Source: Squalus acanthias | Lineage: Eukaryota | Assembly: GCA_030390025.1 (NCBI GenBank) | Contig: CM059435.1 | Location: 14,570,001 to 14,634,000, forward strand | Reading direction: 5' to 3' | Length of the DNA: 64,000 bases | Shown: positions 37,181 through 50,311 of the stretch, in pieces | Layout of the letters: each line of letters begins with the position of its first letter | How positions within the stretch are numbered: the first letter of the stretch is position 1 | The notes under the pieces: generated by a model | What the model was told of the DNA's origin: nothing | Databases searched by the model: none | Seen by the model: the letters and a program-made list of their open reading frames with translations, nothing else | Made by a program: the position numbers and the translations under genes

Positions 37181-39189
37181 CTTGAGAGTCCATCCAGTTG
37201 CAAAAGTTAATTACCAGAACCTTCAAACAGGATTGCTGCCCTTGCTATATAATGGAATAGTGTATGGCATAAGGAGAACTAAATTGGAGGGCCAAAAATA
37301 ACCTAGATGAGTAGCTAGAATTTGTATCAAATAAAGATTATGAGTTTGTGTAAAGATTCATTGTCTTCTTAATGACTCAACAATAAAGGACTGATTCCAA
37401 CAAACCTGGATTAAGAGCTCATTATTTATAAATTTCACTTCAAGTAGGCATTGTGGAGCTGAGAAGAGGATTAAAAAGATTACTCCCAAAACTGATCTTG
37501 GTTTGATTGCATGTATTACTCTCGATGTGTTTTTATTTAAGTGTCAGGTTAATAATTGTTATTTTGATCCTGCAATGCTCAGATTCTATTTTTGAACAGA
37601 AGTGTTCTATTTAAATGCAGGAAGTACTGTCTATAACATGATATCACAATCATCCCAGTATTGTTTGCTCTCTTCAATGAATCACAGATCTCATAAAATA
37701 ATTAAACTATAAATATTAAAATCATCATTACAGGGAAATAACTATATGTGATATTAATGAAATACACATCTTAGGAACTGTGTGGAGGAAAATGCACATG
37801 AAATTCTAGCCTCATAATTCACTCATCCCTTATTACTCACTGATTTATGGAGTCTAGTATTACTTGTTCCCCCTCCCCACCTATATACTACCTCTACTGA
37901 TTAAGCATCCTACAAATATAAACCAGAACCTCTATTAAGCTGATTCCCAAGTTGATACAAAGAAGACATTAGTCCCAAGATCTCACAACTTCTCAGAAAC
38001 TATCTGGAGCATTGCCAAAGAATTTTCAAATTCACCATTGTAATATCAGAGAGCTTCAACCTAAATTTGAGTATAATCTCAAATCAAAGAAACCCTCTCT
38101 AACCGAGACAGAGATCACTCTGTTGATGGGAGCACCAGCTGTTCCTATGATGTCACCATAGTACTAGAAATTGAATTATTAAATTTGCAGCATGCATCTG
38201 TGTTGGTGATCTGATAATACAAATGTCAGATGGTTCACTTCTGACATGTGACAAGAAGGTTGTGAACCACCATGATTGAAATTGTAAGCTGAAGAGAGTG
38301 TAATGAGCGGCAGTCCTATGGAATTACAGAGCAAAACAGAGAGATACAGCATGAAAGATCAAGACCATAATAGCCAGGCTAAATATGAGATGGAAAAATA
38401 GGACTCCGTATAGACTAGTTTAAAACCATTTATTTAATATGTCTATATCTACGTAGCATGTAAGTGTAGTTCTATAGAAACAGGCCTCATTAAATTTGGG
38501 CATTAATTTAGAATAGAGACAGACATCTCCATTTTCCTAAGGAATCTACTACATCTCTCTCAGTTCCCTCCTCCCCATACTGAACCACCATTGCTCCTCT
38601 GACCGCACCATGCCCATTGCCCCCTTCCTCTTCTATAGTGGTTCAGGAATGCGAACAGGGATATTTTTAGCTTTAATCTCCTTTTCACATGAATGTTTCC
38701 ACTTGCCATGCATGGATTTTCAAGTGCTAAAAGGTTGGGACTATTTTAATTCCAAGCAAACGGTGTGGTTCAGAACTGAGTAACAATGTATCATTATTTT
38801 ATTAGGATAAGTCTAAATTCCAAGAGATGGTTTGGTCAGTACATTATTCAACTGGAATTTTACTCTTTAAAGTGTGCTCCAACATGCCCTGTCCTTTTCT
38901 GTCACTGATCTGCAGCAGCATTCAATAAAGTATTGTTTGTGCTCCCTACTTTTGATTTAAGAATGTCAGAAGATTGTCTGAGGTCCTATGCTTAACCCTC
39001 CACAGTTAATTAAAAAAAATTGCCTTGAAATTAAAGAATCGGATACTAAACCTACACCTGCTCTTAATCGGGTTGTGTGCATTTCCGTTCTTTGCAATTT
39101 AGTACAGGCATTAACAGGGTTAATTTAACAGCAGTATTTTATGTTATGGTAATATCCCATAGTGCATTTCAAAGCCTGTATTTGAAAAA

Positions 39190-40400
39190 AAAATGCTCGG
39201 GCGTACGTGCAGTGCCTCGAAAAATGCGCACTGGTCTGTGGAAGAATGTGGGCGGCTGTGTCTGGAACTGGGAGGGGAGGTGGGAGTGGGAGCACTTGCG
39301 TGTCAGTGGTACGTTTAAAAGTGTGTGTAAATCGCACGGACCAATGCTTACTCCTGATACAGTGCGCAGGTTAGTGGTGGAGAATGGGCGAGGGACGGTC
39401 ATCGACCTGGATTTAAAGCGCACACACACGCCCTCTGCTGCACTATGTGAGGGTCTTTATACCCCCAGATTTCTTACGGGACCTTTCACCCAGGAGTTTT
39501 ACCTCCAGCTTTTTGTCAGACCTGTGGAATCTCCTGCAAGACCTGGGTCTCCACAGCTGCCAGTCTCCTTCCAGCAGTAAAATAAAGAAATACTTAAGAT
39601 TTAAAAAATCCTATTATACTGATAAATTAGGAGCTAGTTAACCCCTCCCCCTCCAAAAAAAATATGGATTCGTATGTACTGCCAGTAAGAAACAACTTTC
39701 CCCTAATAATGCAATATTAGTGCAACTTTATTGGAGGAAGGTAATATAAATATATTCATGCCGAAGAGAGAGCTTCAGCAGAAGAACTGCAGGTCTTGCA
39801 GGAGATTCAGGACTCTCGAAGAAAGGCTTCACTAAGATTGCGAGAGAGGGTTGTATTACCACTCAGCAAGCACTTTTTGTTTCCTATTTTCTTTGTCTTG
39901 ATAATAGTGTCCATTCGTTGTCCTGTAGGTTGAAAGAAGCCCCCTTCCAAATGGAGTCTGGTCTTAATCGTTCTGCCGAGTGAAAGTGAAACTGCTTTAA
40001 AAAAAAGACAGCGCGATTATAGAGCAGTTTCCTTGTCGCTGAGCAGTATGGGCTAGCTAAGCATCCATTAACAACGCGCTCTCCTGTAACCCAGAGCGAC
40101 TTAACAATTGGAGACAGAGGTTCGGGGCCGGAACATTAATCTGAATTGCACCAGCCCACTTTAAGCATTCACATCTATGATTAATGTTTCGCGGTTTAAC
40201 ATATATTTGGGTTTTATACTTTGTTCTTCTCTGGTGACCGAAAATTCTAGGAATGCTCAATTCACAGTATTTTTTAAAAAGTGTATATAGAAAGGTATTA
40301 CATTTGGCTGCGCATTAAAGCGAAGGGCGAAGCTGACAATATCAGGACCATAACATTTCTGTACTTCAGGTTGCCCTGACAATTAGCCTTAAATTCAATC
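39190..40400. promoter_or_regulatory. CpG-enriched upstream regulatory region
   Basis: Local CpG enrichment; CTCF-like TGCAGCAGAGGGCGTG (39427-39442, minus); ISRE-like GAAAGTGAAACT (39982-39993); HRE-like TACGTG near 39204. Confidence 0.5.
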
Positions 40401-40437
40401 TCAAAAGAGGACGCATAGGTCAGTGCAATGTATAGTA

Positions 40438-40990
40438 TAACAACAACTTGCATTTATATAGTGCCTTTAACATAGTCAAACGTCCCAAGGTGCTTCACAG
40501 GAGCGTTATCAGACAAAAATTGACACTGAGCTAAAGAAGGCAACATTAGGACAGATGACCAAAAGCTTGGTCAAAGAGGAAGGTTTTAAGGAGAGGTGGA
40601 GGCAGAGAGGGAGGGAATTCTAGGGCTTAGAGTTGGAGGAACACAGAGTTCTCAGAGGATTGTAGGACTGGAGGAGGTTACAGAGATAGGGAGGGGGAAG
40701 GCCATGAAGGAATTTGAATATGAGGGTGAGAATTTTAAAATCAAGATGTTCGGGAACCGGGAGCCAATGTAGGTCATCGAGCACAGAGGTAATGGGTGAA
40801 TGGGACGTTGCGAGTTAGGATACTGGCAGCAAAGTTTTGGTTGTGCTTAAGTATATTGAGGGAGGAAGATGGGAGGCCAACCAGGATAGCATTGCAATAG
40901 TCAAGTCTGGACGTAACTAAAGCATGGTAAGGCTTTCAGTAGCAGATGGGCAGAGGCAGAGGGTGGGGGAGACGGGCAATATTACGGAGC
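40438..40990 (-). mobile_element. L2 LINE 3' fragment
   Basis: Starts aacaacaacttgcatttatatagtgcc, colinear with 2766-3500; a short tail piece also at ~44569-44692. Confidence 0.85.
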
Positions 40991-41303
40991 TTACACCTTC
41001 GCAACCAGCAGAGAGAAGAGATTTTCATCCCATCAGTCTGGGCTGGGTTCAAACTTAATTACGAGAGAGAAAAGGACACGTTTTAACCCACTGTACTGGC
41101 CACTCCTCTTGCAACTGGGCTTTTTATCAAATCATTTTTAGTCTTGTAATTGAAGAGGGATTGTAAGCTCCCTTGATGACTTACCCTGACACTGGAGTAT
41201 GAATCCAGCCCAGACTGATGGGATAAAAATGCCATCTCTCTGCTGGCTGCAAGTATAATATACATGGCAGTGAACTATGCTCCATAGGTGAATCATTTTA
41301 AAT

Positions 41304-42026
41304 GGGCCAAATCTTGCTGGAAAAATAACTGCGATGTTAATGTACAAATGGGTCAGCAAGTTCAGAGAATAGAGAGATACCCCGTGAGTTGCAAATCGCC
41401 AGAACTTGCTGGTCAATTTACACTGCTCTACCATTTGCTTTGCACAAACGGCATCTCACCCTTACAGACTCCCCGTTATTTTTAAGAACTTGCTGGATTT
41501 GCACATTAATTGCTCATTAAACACCACAGAAAGTTAAGTCTGGTAATTAAGAATGGAAGTACCCTTTTAACAAAGTGATAATTGTTAATGCAATGCTAAT
41601 CAACCTCTCTGGCCCTAAAAGGGAACAATTTAAATAGTTCAGTCTCATTCCTGCATGTAGTCAGAAATCTTTTAAATGTCAAATTTAAAATGTTTAGAGT
41701 TTATTTTTACTTTTCCTGTCTCTTTTCTCTCTCTCTTAATCCAATCCTACCATCCCTCTTTATTTCTCTTTCTGTATGTGAATTGACTCTAATTCACCCT
41801 CCTTCTCCATCATTCCTGTTTCTTTCTCAATTCTTAAATCTCATTGGTTAAGGAGCTAAACTGTTGGTCCCGCTGTTCACCGAGATCTCAGGCGCCCCGT
41901 TGCCCTCACCACACCATTATCAGCTCGCACTTCCAGCAAGTTACAGGGCAAAACATTTTCGAGCTGAAGGGCACAGAAAAAGGTCTAACAAATGGCGCGA
42001 TGTCCCACTCCAGCAAGATCCAGCCC
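41304..42026. mobile_element. Harbinger-type MITE
   Basis: TIRs GGGCCAAATCTTGCTGGA / TCCAGCAAGATCCAGCCC (15 of 18 complementary); 3-bp TSD aat. Confidence 0.75.
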
Positions 42027-43341
42027 AATGTTGTGAATGTCGCAGTAGCTTCACGTCTCTCCTAATGCTAATATGATTCAAAATTTGTAACATTGCTATG
42101 CAGTGGACTGGAGTTACACTATATCTAGTGTATAGCCTGAATGGTGTGAGATTGCTACCTGTTGTGATACACAGACCAGAAAGGTCCCAGGGTTGACCTC
42201 TGATCTCTGCTATCATTCAAAGCAGCAGCGAAAGGCACTGCAACTCGTCTCAGTGACCCTGGGCTAGCAGAGAGTGGAAATCAACCACGGTTTCTGTTCC
42301 AGATCACTAGTTAATCTGTTGAAAGGTTGGGATATAATGTGGCATGAGCCAAGGCTATCGGATTGCAGAGACCCAAAATGATTATTGTAGATTACAGCCT
42401 AGAATTTCCTCTATTGCTGTTTCCCTGGATTTTCCACCGATCTCCTGCCAAAGTTATGACAGTTATGAAGTTATTTGGCTCATCAATATTTTTTCTTCTT
42501 TCCTTCAGTTCTGGATTTTTTAAAATTTACTTTTCTGCATTCCACTTTCTTTGATTTCATTTATTCTTTTCTATTTATTCAAATTTCTCTTTGACAAACT
42601 TCCTTCAAAATTATCACCACTTCTCACTTCTACACCCAACCTCTGCAACAGTGTAATTTTTGACTCCTTGTAAACAATGCTGCAGATCTGCTGGTATGAG
42701 TTTATGTAGCACCTGATTCTGGCCACTGGGTGGTGTTCTGTAGAATCTGAGTGGCCTGTTGCAGTTCTTGCCGACTCCAGCAACAGAATAAAATTAGGAG
42801 GGCCAATTTTAACGGGCCTGTAGCAGTCCGAAAATAGCTGAGCTGCATTCACCGCCTTGTTACCCCCTCCACTCCCACCTGCCACTAGGGTAGCCCAGGT
42901 ACCCGCCTGAATCAGGCAGGAGCCTCATTACTGCCTGCAAGTCAGGGGCCTATGACTTCCATATGACCTAGGGTTGCCAACCCTCCCAGATTTCCAGGAG
43001 CCTCCCGGAATTGAGGATTGCTCTCCCAGGTGCTGCTCCTAATAACCTGGGAGGAACGTACTTTGTATTCGCGATTCACGTAACTTCGCACCTGTGCGTC
43101 TATGCAGTCTGTACTTGCAATTCCCACCGGCATACCTGGCGCACAAATAACCCGTCTCAGACATTCCTTGCCTCCCATTTCAAGCGGCAGCCTGGAATTT
43201 CTTCGTAGCTGGTCCCTCCCAGTCATTGCAACGTTGATGGAATTGCAGCAATGTTAGTGTAAGGCGGGAACTGCCGTAAGGAAACTCCCAGCTTGCTTTC
43301 TGAGAATTTCAACTCTGTCTGCTAACCAGCCTGCGACTTGT

Positions 43342-43690
43342 AAAGAAAGAACATGTATTTATATTGCGCCTTTCACAACCACTGCACGTCCCAAAGCGCT
43401 TCATAGACACTTAAGAACTTTTGAAGTGCAGTCACTGTTGTAATGTAGGAAATGCGACAGCCAATTTGCATACAGCAAGGTCCCACAAACAACAATGAGA
43501 AAATGACTAGATACGTTTTAGTGATGCTGGTTGAGGGATACACTGGGAAGAATTCCCCTCCTCTTCTTCAAATAGTGCCATGGGATCTTTTCTATGCACC
43601 TGCGAGGGCAGACAGAGCCTTGGTTAGACAGCACCTCCCACAGTGTAGTAGTTCCCTCAGTACTGTAATGAAGTGTCAGCCCTCCTATAT
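43342..43690 (-). mobile_element. Deu-domain SINE lacking its head
   Basis: Colinear with 9781-10060 and 35501-35745; an older copy lies at ~52885-53270. Confidence 0.75.
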
Positions 43691-45109
43691 CCTCATTGGA
43701 TAGTAAATCAGGAATGGAAATCCTAATTCCCCCCTTTTGTTTGTCCATTGAATGCAATGCAGTGTCTACACTTCTTATACTAGGGATGGGCAAGCAGAGT
43801 AATTTACTTATAGCAAGGAGGAAGCAAGATACTGGAGAGCTTCAACAGGAAGGGGCCCTCAAATCCTTTCAATAAAAGAGGAAATTTGAACTGGATGGCA
43901 AAGATTTTAAGTATTTACAGCTTCTCGCTGTATAGTGGTGGACCTTAGACAAAGGCTCTTAGATATTTGCTTTTAATCATGAGCAGTAGCTTCTTGGATA
44001 TGCAGAATTATCCCAGTCCGCTGCTGTAACAGTTAACACCTCTACAAGATGACCTGGTTTCCAGAGCAATAGACTGCCATCTAGGAAAGTTTGTTTATTA
44101 TCCAGGGAGTTCAGAAATGACTGCAACATTATAAAATCAGTCACAGAATGAAATGGACTCCATCAAAACTGGGATGGGCAATAAATGCTGGCATTGCCAG
44201 CGACGCCCTGATCCCATAAACAAATAAAGTTGCCAGAAGCAGGCTACCGTTAATGATCTGGGCCATATTAGAGTACTTCAGCACAATCACTGATGAAAAT
44301 ATTGACATTATAATCCATGTAATCAGCTCTGAAATAGAGTTGCACTGTCCTGTGCAAGGAACCAAGGCCAGACATTTAACTGAAAGTTTCTTGGTTCTAC
44401 AACTGATGGGTTGCTCACAATTTGCTACGTCTGGTCCTGAAATGACCTTGAAGCTGTTGCTCTTTCAGCTGAATGTTACAATAATCATCCAAGAGCTGCA
44501 ATTGGCAGTTTCTCACTGCAGGCGACCTCTAATGATGACCAAATTAATTTCTTCTCCAGCAATGGATCAACAACTTGCATTTATATAGCACCTTTAATGT
44601 AGTAAAATAACCCAAGGTCCTTCACAGGAGCATTAGCAAACAAAATTTGACACCGAGCAACATGAAGATGATCACAAGCTTGGTCAAAGAGTATCTTCTT
44701 CCAGTGGCAAAGAATCGGGTCACAATCTAACTGTTGTGGTTCTTGAGCGGTGGAATGTCCAGCCATATTAATGCAACATTCACAGAGGTTGTCTGGCTAT
44801 TTAGAATCAAGATGTAGAATTAATGCATTGTTTCCAGTATTGCTCTAATTTGAAACATTTCTACAGGTCGGATTGATGCACCTACATCTAACTGCAAATT
44901 AAGTGTAGATTGAGTATGTCTATACACAACTGGTATTTGTTTGAAGAGTATTGTACATCTCTATATGTGGTAGACAATATTTGTTTGTTAAAAAAAAGTC
45001 GTCTTCCTCCAAAACAAATCTCTGAACCGTCCCATTCTACAAAGAACACGCAGCACCTTTAGAATTTAAAATGTCAAATTATCAAAGATCACAAGCAATT
45101 TAAAATGTT

Positions 45110-48100
45110 ATAGATGAGGCAACAAGTTTATTTTCCAGATTACAGAAATAGTGGTTTTATAACATCAGATTCAAAATGTATGTTCAACTTACAAGACCCT
45201 GCCGCCAAACATACACTTACACAGAGAGCTTGGCATTTGAAGGTATGTTTGGATTAGCAACTGAAAGACACGGTACTGTGTTCTACAACCCACAACTGAA
45301 TATAACAAAATGACAAACAATGTAAAGTTAAATAAAAATCACCTTGAACTATCTTCTGTTGTACCAGTAGAGGGGAAAAAAAAAAGGCTCCCACTTCCCT
45401 GGCCACATATTCATCTGAACACGAAAGCAAATGGACTGGGAACAAGAAGCTGTTACAGTTACATTGATTCACAAAATGGATTAGAAAAACAAATTAACTA
45501 CATTTACATGACTGAGTTTAGAAAGGCTTCTGACATTCAGGACTATCCTCATTTTAACTGTAACCAGCTAAGTGGTTATGTTTCATGTCATAACATAATA
45601 AAGTTTAAGCTGCTGTTTACCCACAGTGCCCCCCTTTTTTTAAAAAAAAGGACAATTAAATTTATTTATATATACTTGTAAGAAAATAGGCTGGGAAATC
45701 TCTGCTCTTTGAGATATCCCTTTGGAGTTTCAGTATTTCCTCATGGATAAGATCAATATTCTGGTCAGCTCTGCCCATCCTGTCAGTCACACAGGATGTC
45801 CTGTCTCCCTAAAGTACTGATTAAGTACAGAAGCAATCATATTTTTTTCCAGTCTACAGAGAAAATGCAATAAAATCTGCATGCAGACAGTAAGAACATA
45901 GTCCCTGTGCATAGTCCATTGTCACAGAGCTGGGGTACTAAAATTAGGCTGGAAACAGTGGTATCACTTCAGAATGTGAACTGTTGTCCTCAACTCCAAA
46001 CACACGAGCAGGAGATAGTCGAACAGTATTTTACCTCCCTGTACGCTGATTCTACATGCAACATTCACAGCAGTGGGCGGGGATGAAAGAAACTTGGACT
46101 GTGCTCCAATTTCGGCACCAACACATTGTGTTAATCAGTATGCAATAGTGGGATTTACCTCAAACTTTGTTTTAGGAAACAATTCATGGAATTGTTCATA
46201 GAAGTTTACAAGCACAATGCAGCTTCCTATTTGTATAGAAAGACAAAACAGGTAAGTTTATTCAACTCAGTGGTTCATTATACAAGTGTGTACACAGTTA
46301 ATTTTGTACAAATGGATGGTTGTGTGCTTGGTGATTCAATATAGATAGATGGGAGTGTGTATGTGTTTTTGTTTACATACACAGTAATATGGCACATGGT
46401 CAATGTGTCTACACACAAAGTGTTTTGATAAAATGATATGAAGTGTATATGCAGTGATTCAGTACAAATGAATCAGTGTAGGCTTGTATATAAGGCGATT
46501 CAGTACATGAGTATGTGTACACGTGGTGATTTGGCACAGATAATTGGGCAAGTGAGCGTGTATACATACATGCTCATTTAGTAAATTTGATGCACACAAA
46601 TACACTATGATTTAGTATGTATGTGTACAAGGGATTCTGAAAAAGACGAATGGGTACATGTACAAGGCTCTATTTAGCAGGTGTTTTGTCAAAACCATGA
46701 AACTTCGACATTGGGCATTAGCTCGACCAGGTTTATTGGAGCGCATGGTAGAAACGAAGCCCAAATTAATAGGAGGTACCTTCCCATTGCACAACTTTGT
46801 CACAGAGCGGGGATCGTTATAAAGTAATATTTGAAGATGCATATAACTTGAACAGGAGCGGTCAGCCAATCACCCAACCAGCTTAGTTAAGAAGCTCCAT
46901 AAAGATAACCCACAATAAGGATTTGCTAAACGAGATTGCCCTAAACAAGGAATCTGACTAAAGAGAATGTCCAAAGAGAATTAGCCTGTTAAAAACATTT
47001 AATTGCCTCTTATAAGGAAATATTATGGGGCAAAGCAGGTTCCACAATAAGTGTGTTTAGAAGATAATCTGTTTTAAAATAATTTTTAACTCTGTCATGT
47101 AAAATACTATTGGTGACAATTGTCATTTAGGACAGGCTGGATCCAGAACCCACATCTTAAAAACAGCAAAACAATTTTTTCTTTGATTAAAATAAACAAT
47201 TGTTAAAAATGCTATAAAAACACCAGAAATTAAAGATTTGCTTTTGTTTGAGATGAAAGAATAGACAGTGAAATGGACTAGACATAGTGGTTAAACTTTG
47301 ATGCCTTTTCATGTTAAGACTACAGAAGTAGACAACATTTGTCAAAGTTAAGGCACAGTCCCCATCATGCATCTATGGGCAAAGCACTATGCTGACTCAG
47401 GCTTGAAGCAACTAAAATGATTGAGAACACACAAACACAGACAGGAAAAGACCAATTTGCTCACTTAACATAAACTTAAAAAAAAAACCTCCCCCTTGAA
47501 GAACCATTTTGCTGAGTTACAGTATTATTGTAACATGGTTGTTTTTGGCTGGTCATTTTTTACATTTCACATCAAGGACACTTGAATAAAGAACTTTTTG
47601 GGGGGAGGGGTAGAGGGATGGCAGCCAAACACATACACACAGTTTCTCTTGAAAAGTCACAAAAGTAAAACAAAACCCCACTTAAAAGTTTGGGGTATAA
47701 TTGGCAGCATTTATCAATCCTTTTTTTAAAAAAAATCAAATAAATAAAAAAAATCCTCACCCTGTGGTTTGAACAAGCTGCAGGAATTCTGCAGCGAGAG
47801 ATTAATGACATGTTTAACCAACCTAATAAAATACAAATTGGAGCCAAAGCCTGTATTTATGGTGTGGACAGCACTCAATGATGTGCCATTGTATCTGCAG
47901 GGACATATTGATTAATTCAGGTCAACACATCTTTAGTGCAACACTGGAGACTGCTACACAGTAACCAGCTAGGGTGAGGTTGAGTTCTCTTTCTGGTGAT
48001 ATGGGAAATACAGTATAAAGAACTCGGTTACATTTTATACTTGAACTTGTGTTCACAGTTCGTTAGGGTCTGGGGTGTTCTTGTACTTCTTTAAATGTAA

Positions 48101-48687
48101 ACAGCACAACAGACTCATTATTCGGGGGCGGGGAGGGGAGACAATGCAAGAATAAATCAGTGAAGCTGTGATAGGCCCAGTCTCCAGGTAATAAGACAAT
48201 CTTCATATTTAATTCTGAATACACTGTTAGGACAAAGTCCAAAATTCATGTCTGTTGCACTGGTAACGTGGCCCACAACAGCCTTTGGTAAAGGCATCCG
48301 ATTGGCTGATTTCTATCTCACCCCAATTACCACAGCCACCTTCCCATCATTTAGGTGTCCTCCAGCCTCCATCCAAAACTGACGAGCAAATAAACTGCAG
48401 GCATGCACCCCATCAGAGCTGAGCATTTACCACTCTCGAGGCCTTTTCCAATAGCTGATCTGTTTGGGACAGTAAGACGACAGTGTTTCATATCTCACGC
48501 CCATTCATAAGGCTGCAAGAAGAAGAGCCTCTCAACAGGGTCAGCCATCATTTTCTTTGCTCAACTCTGATCAGCAGATAGTGACGAAAGTAGAGTGGTT
48601 TAGGGGTGAGACGGGATAGAATAGATTTGTGATTATCACAGTTTTTTTTCCCCTCTATAGAAATTTCTCAATTTTTAAAATCCAGCT
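45110..48687 (-). other. Probable 3' UTR of the TRAM-family gene (end uncertain)
   Basis: AT-rich, transposon-poor sequence after the stop. Candidate poly(A) signals on the minus strand include ATTAAA at 46998-47003 and AATAAA at 45127-45132; the real end cannot be determined. Confidence 0.4.
46260..46680. repeat. Degenerate minisatellite-like array
   Basis: Recurrent TGTACAC..GTGATTCAGTACAAATG-like units roughly every 30-45 bp. Confidence 0.55.
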
Positions 48688-48761
48688 TCATGAAGCTTTT
48701 GCTTTCCTTGCACGTGGTGATGTTCCACTTTCTGTCTTCACTGTTCCATTAGATGCATTAG
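48688..48761 (-). CDS. TRAM-family gene, last coding exon with stop codon
   Basis: Acceptor ttttataatgtttttgcAG with branch-like CTTAC; encodes (A)NASNGTVKTESGTSPRARKAKAS*, ending in a KxKxx ER-retrieval motif. Confidence 0.92.
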
Positions 48762-49409
48762 CTGCAAAAACATTATAAAAAAAACAGTAAGACGACAAAA
48801 ACTTTGTGCAAATAATAAACACCGAAAATAGGGATGTGGCCCTTACTGATAATTCCCATCAATCCACATCTTTTTGGGATTAGATCCATACTTCTATTTA
48901 GAGATGGGATTGGCTACAGACCTGCCACCCTATTCTTATCCTAGAGACCAAGAGCTTATTAGAGATTCTCCTCTATTTGATCATTTAGTTGATGTGACTA
49001 TGTACTTAGAGGAACTTTTCTCCATGGAAAAACTGGAAGTCATGCTACACCCCTACATGAATGAACCTCAGAGCCTGGAGGTGGTCATTTTGCTTTATGT
49101 AGGCTGCCAAAAAACAGATTAAGAATGACTGTAAAGTATTAAATCTGCAGGAATGGTATGAAAGTATTGTTTCTCATCAGAGAAATGCAACTAGGGACAT
49201 GCACAAATACTATCTAGTATAGGAATAGCATTTAGAAGCATAACATTACTACAGAAGGGCTGTGAATTTAGAGACAGCATGTAATAAAAACCCTCTGAAT
49301 TTAGATGTGATTAATCAGGGATCCTAAATCCACAATAATATCACACTCAGGCAAAGAGAGCTGAAATCAACTGGTGCAGATTGAAATTAATTTTTCCCCC
49401 ACTAACTGA

Positions 49410-50311
49410 CACCAGCTCTACCTCACCACCACTTATCTCGACCCCTCCAAAGTCTCTAAATTGTCAGACTGCTTGTCCGACATCCAGTTCTGGATGAGCA
49501 GAAATTTTCTCCAATTAAATATTGGGAAGACCGAAGCCATTGTTTTCGGTTCCCGCCACAAACTCCGTTCCCTAGCCATTGACTCGATCCCTCTCCCTAA
49601 CATTTGTCTGAGGCTGAACCACACTTTTCGCAACCTTGGTGTCATATTTGACCCTGAAATGAGCTTCCGACCACATATCCGCAGCATAACTAAGACCGCC
49701 TATTTCCACCTCCGTAACATCCGCTGCTGAAACCCTCATCTATGCCTTTATTACCTCTAGACTTCACTATTCTAACGCACTCCTGCCTGGCCTCCCACAT
49801 TCTACCATACGTAAACTTGAGGTCATCCAAAACTCAGCTGCTCGTGCCCTAACTCGCACCAAGTCCCGTTCACGCATCACCCCTGTGCTCGTTGACCTAC
49901 ATTGGCACCGCCTCAATTTCAAAATTCTCACCCTTGTTTTCAAATTCCTCCCCATCTCCGTAATCACCTCCAGCCCCACAACCCACTCGGAGATATCTGC
50001 GCTCCTCTAATTCTGTCCTCTTGAACATCCCTGATTATAAATCGCTGAACCATTGGTGGCCGTGCCTTCTGTTGTCTAGGCCCTAAGCTCTGGAATTCCC
50101 TCCCTAAAACTCTCCGCCTCGCTACCTCTCTTTCCTCCTTTAAAGACACTCCGTAAAGCCTACCTCTTTGACCAAGCTTTTGGTCATCTGCCCCTGCCCC
50201 AATTTCTCCTTATGTGGCTCGGTTTCAAATTTTTGTCCTATAATACTCCTGTGATGCACCTTGGGACATTTTACTGCATTAAAAACACTATATAAATACA
50301 AGTTGTTGTTG
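49410..50311 (+). mobile_element. L2 LINE 3' fragment in the last TRAM intron
   Basis: ORF 49461-49730 reads DCLSDIQFWMSRNFLQLNIGKTE..RNLGVIFD; L2 tail. Confidence 0.9.

Noticed and set aside
39077-39580. 167-aa plus-strand ORF
   Set aside because: Non-ATG start, no domain or exon structure; explained by local GC richness.
46260-46680. CRISPR-like repeat/spacer appearance (also 36720-37180)
   Set aside because: Repeats are degenerate and unevenly spaced, the context is eukaryotic, and there are no cas genes.
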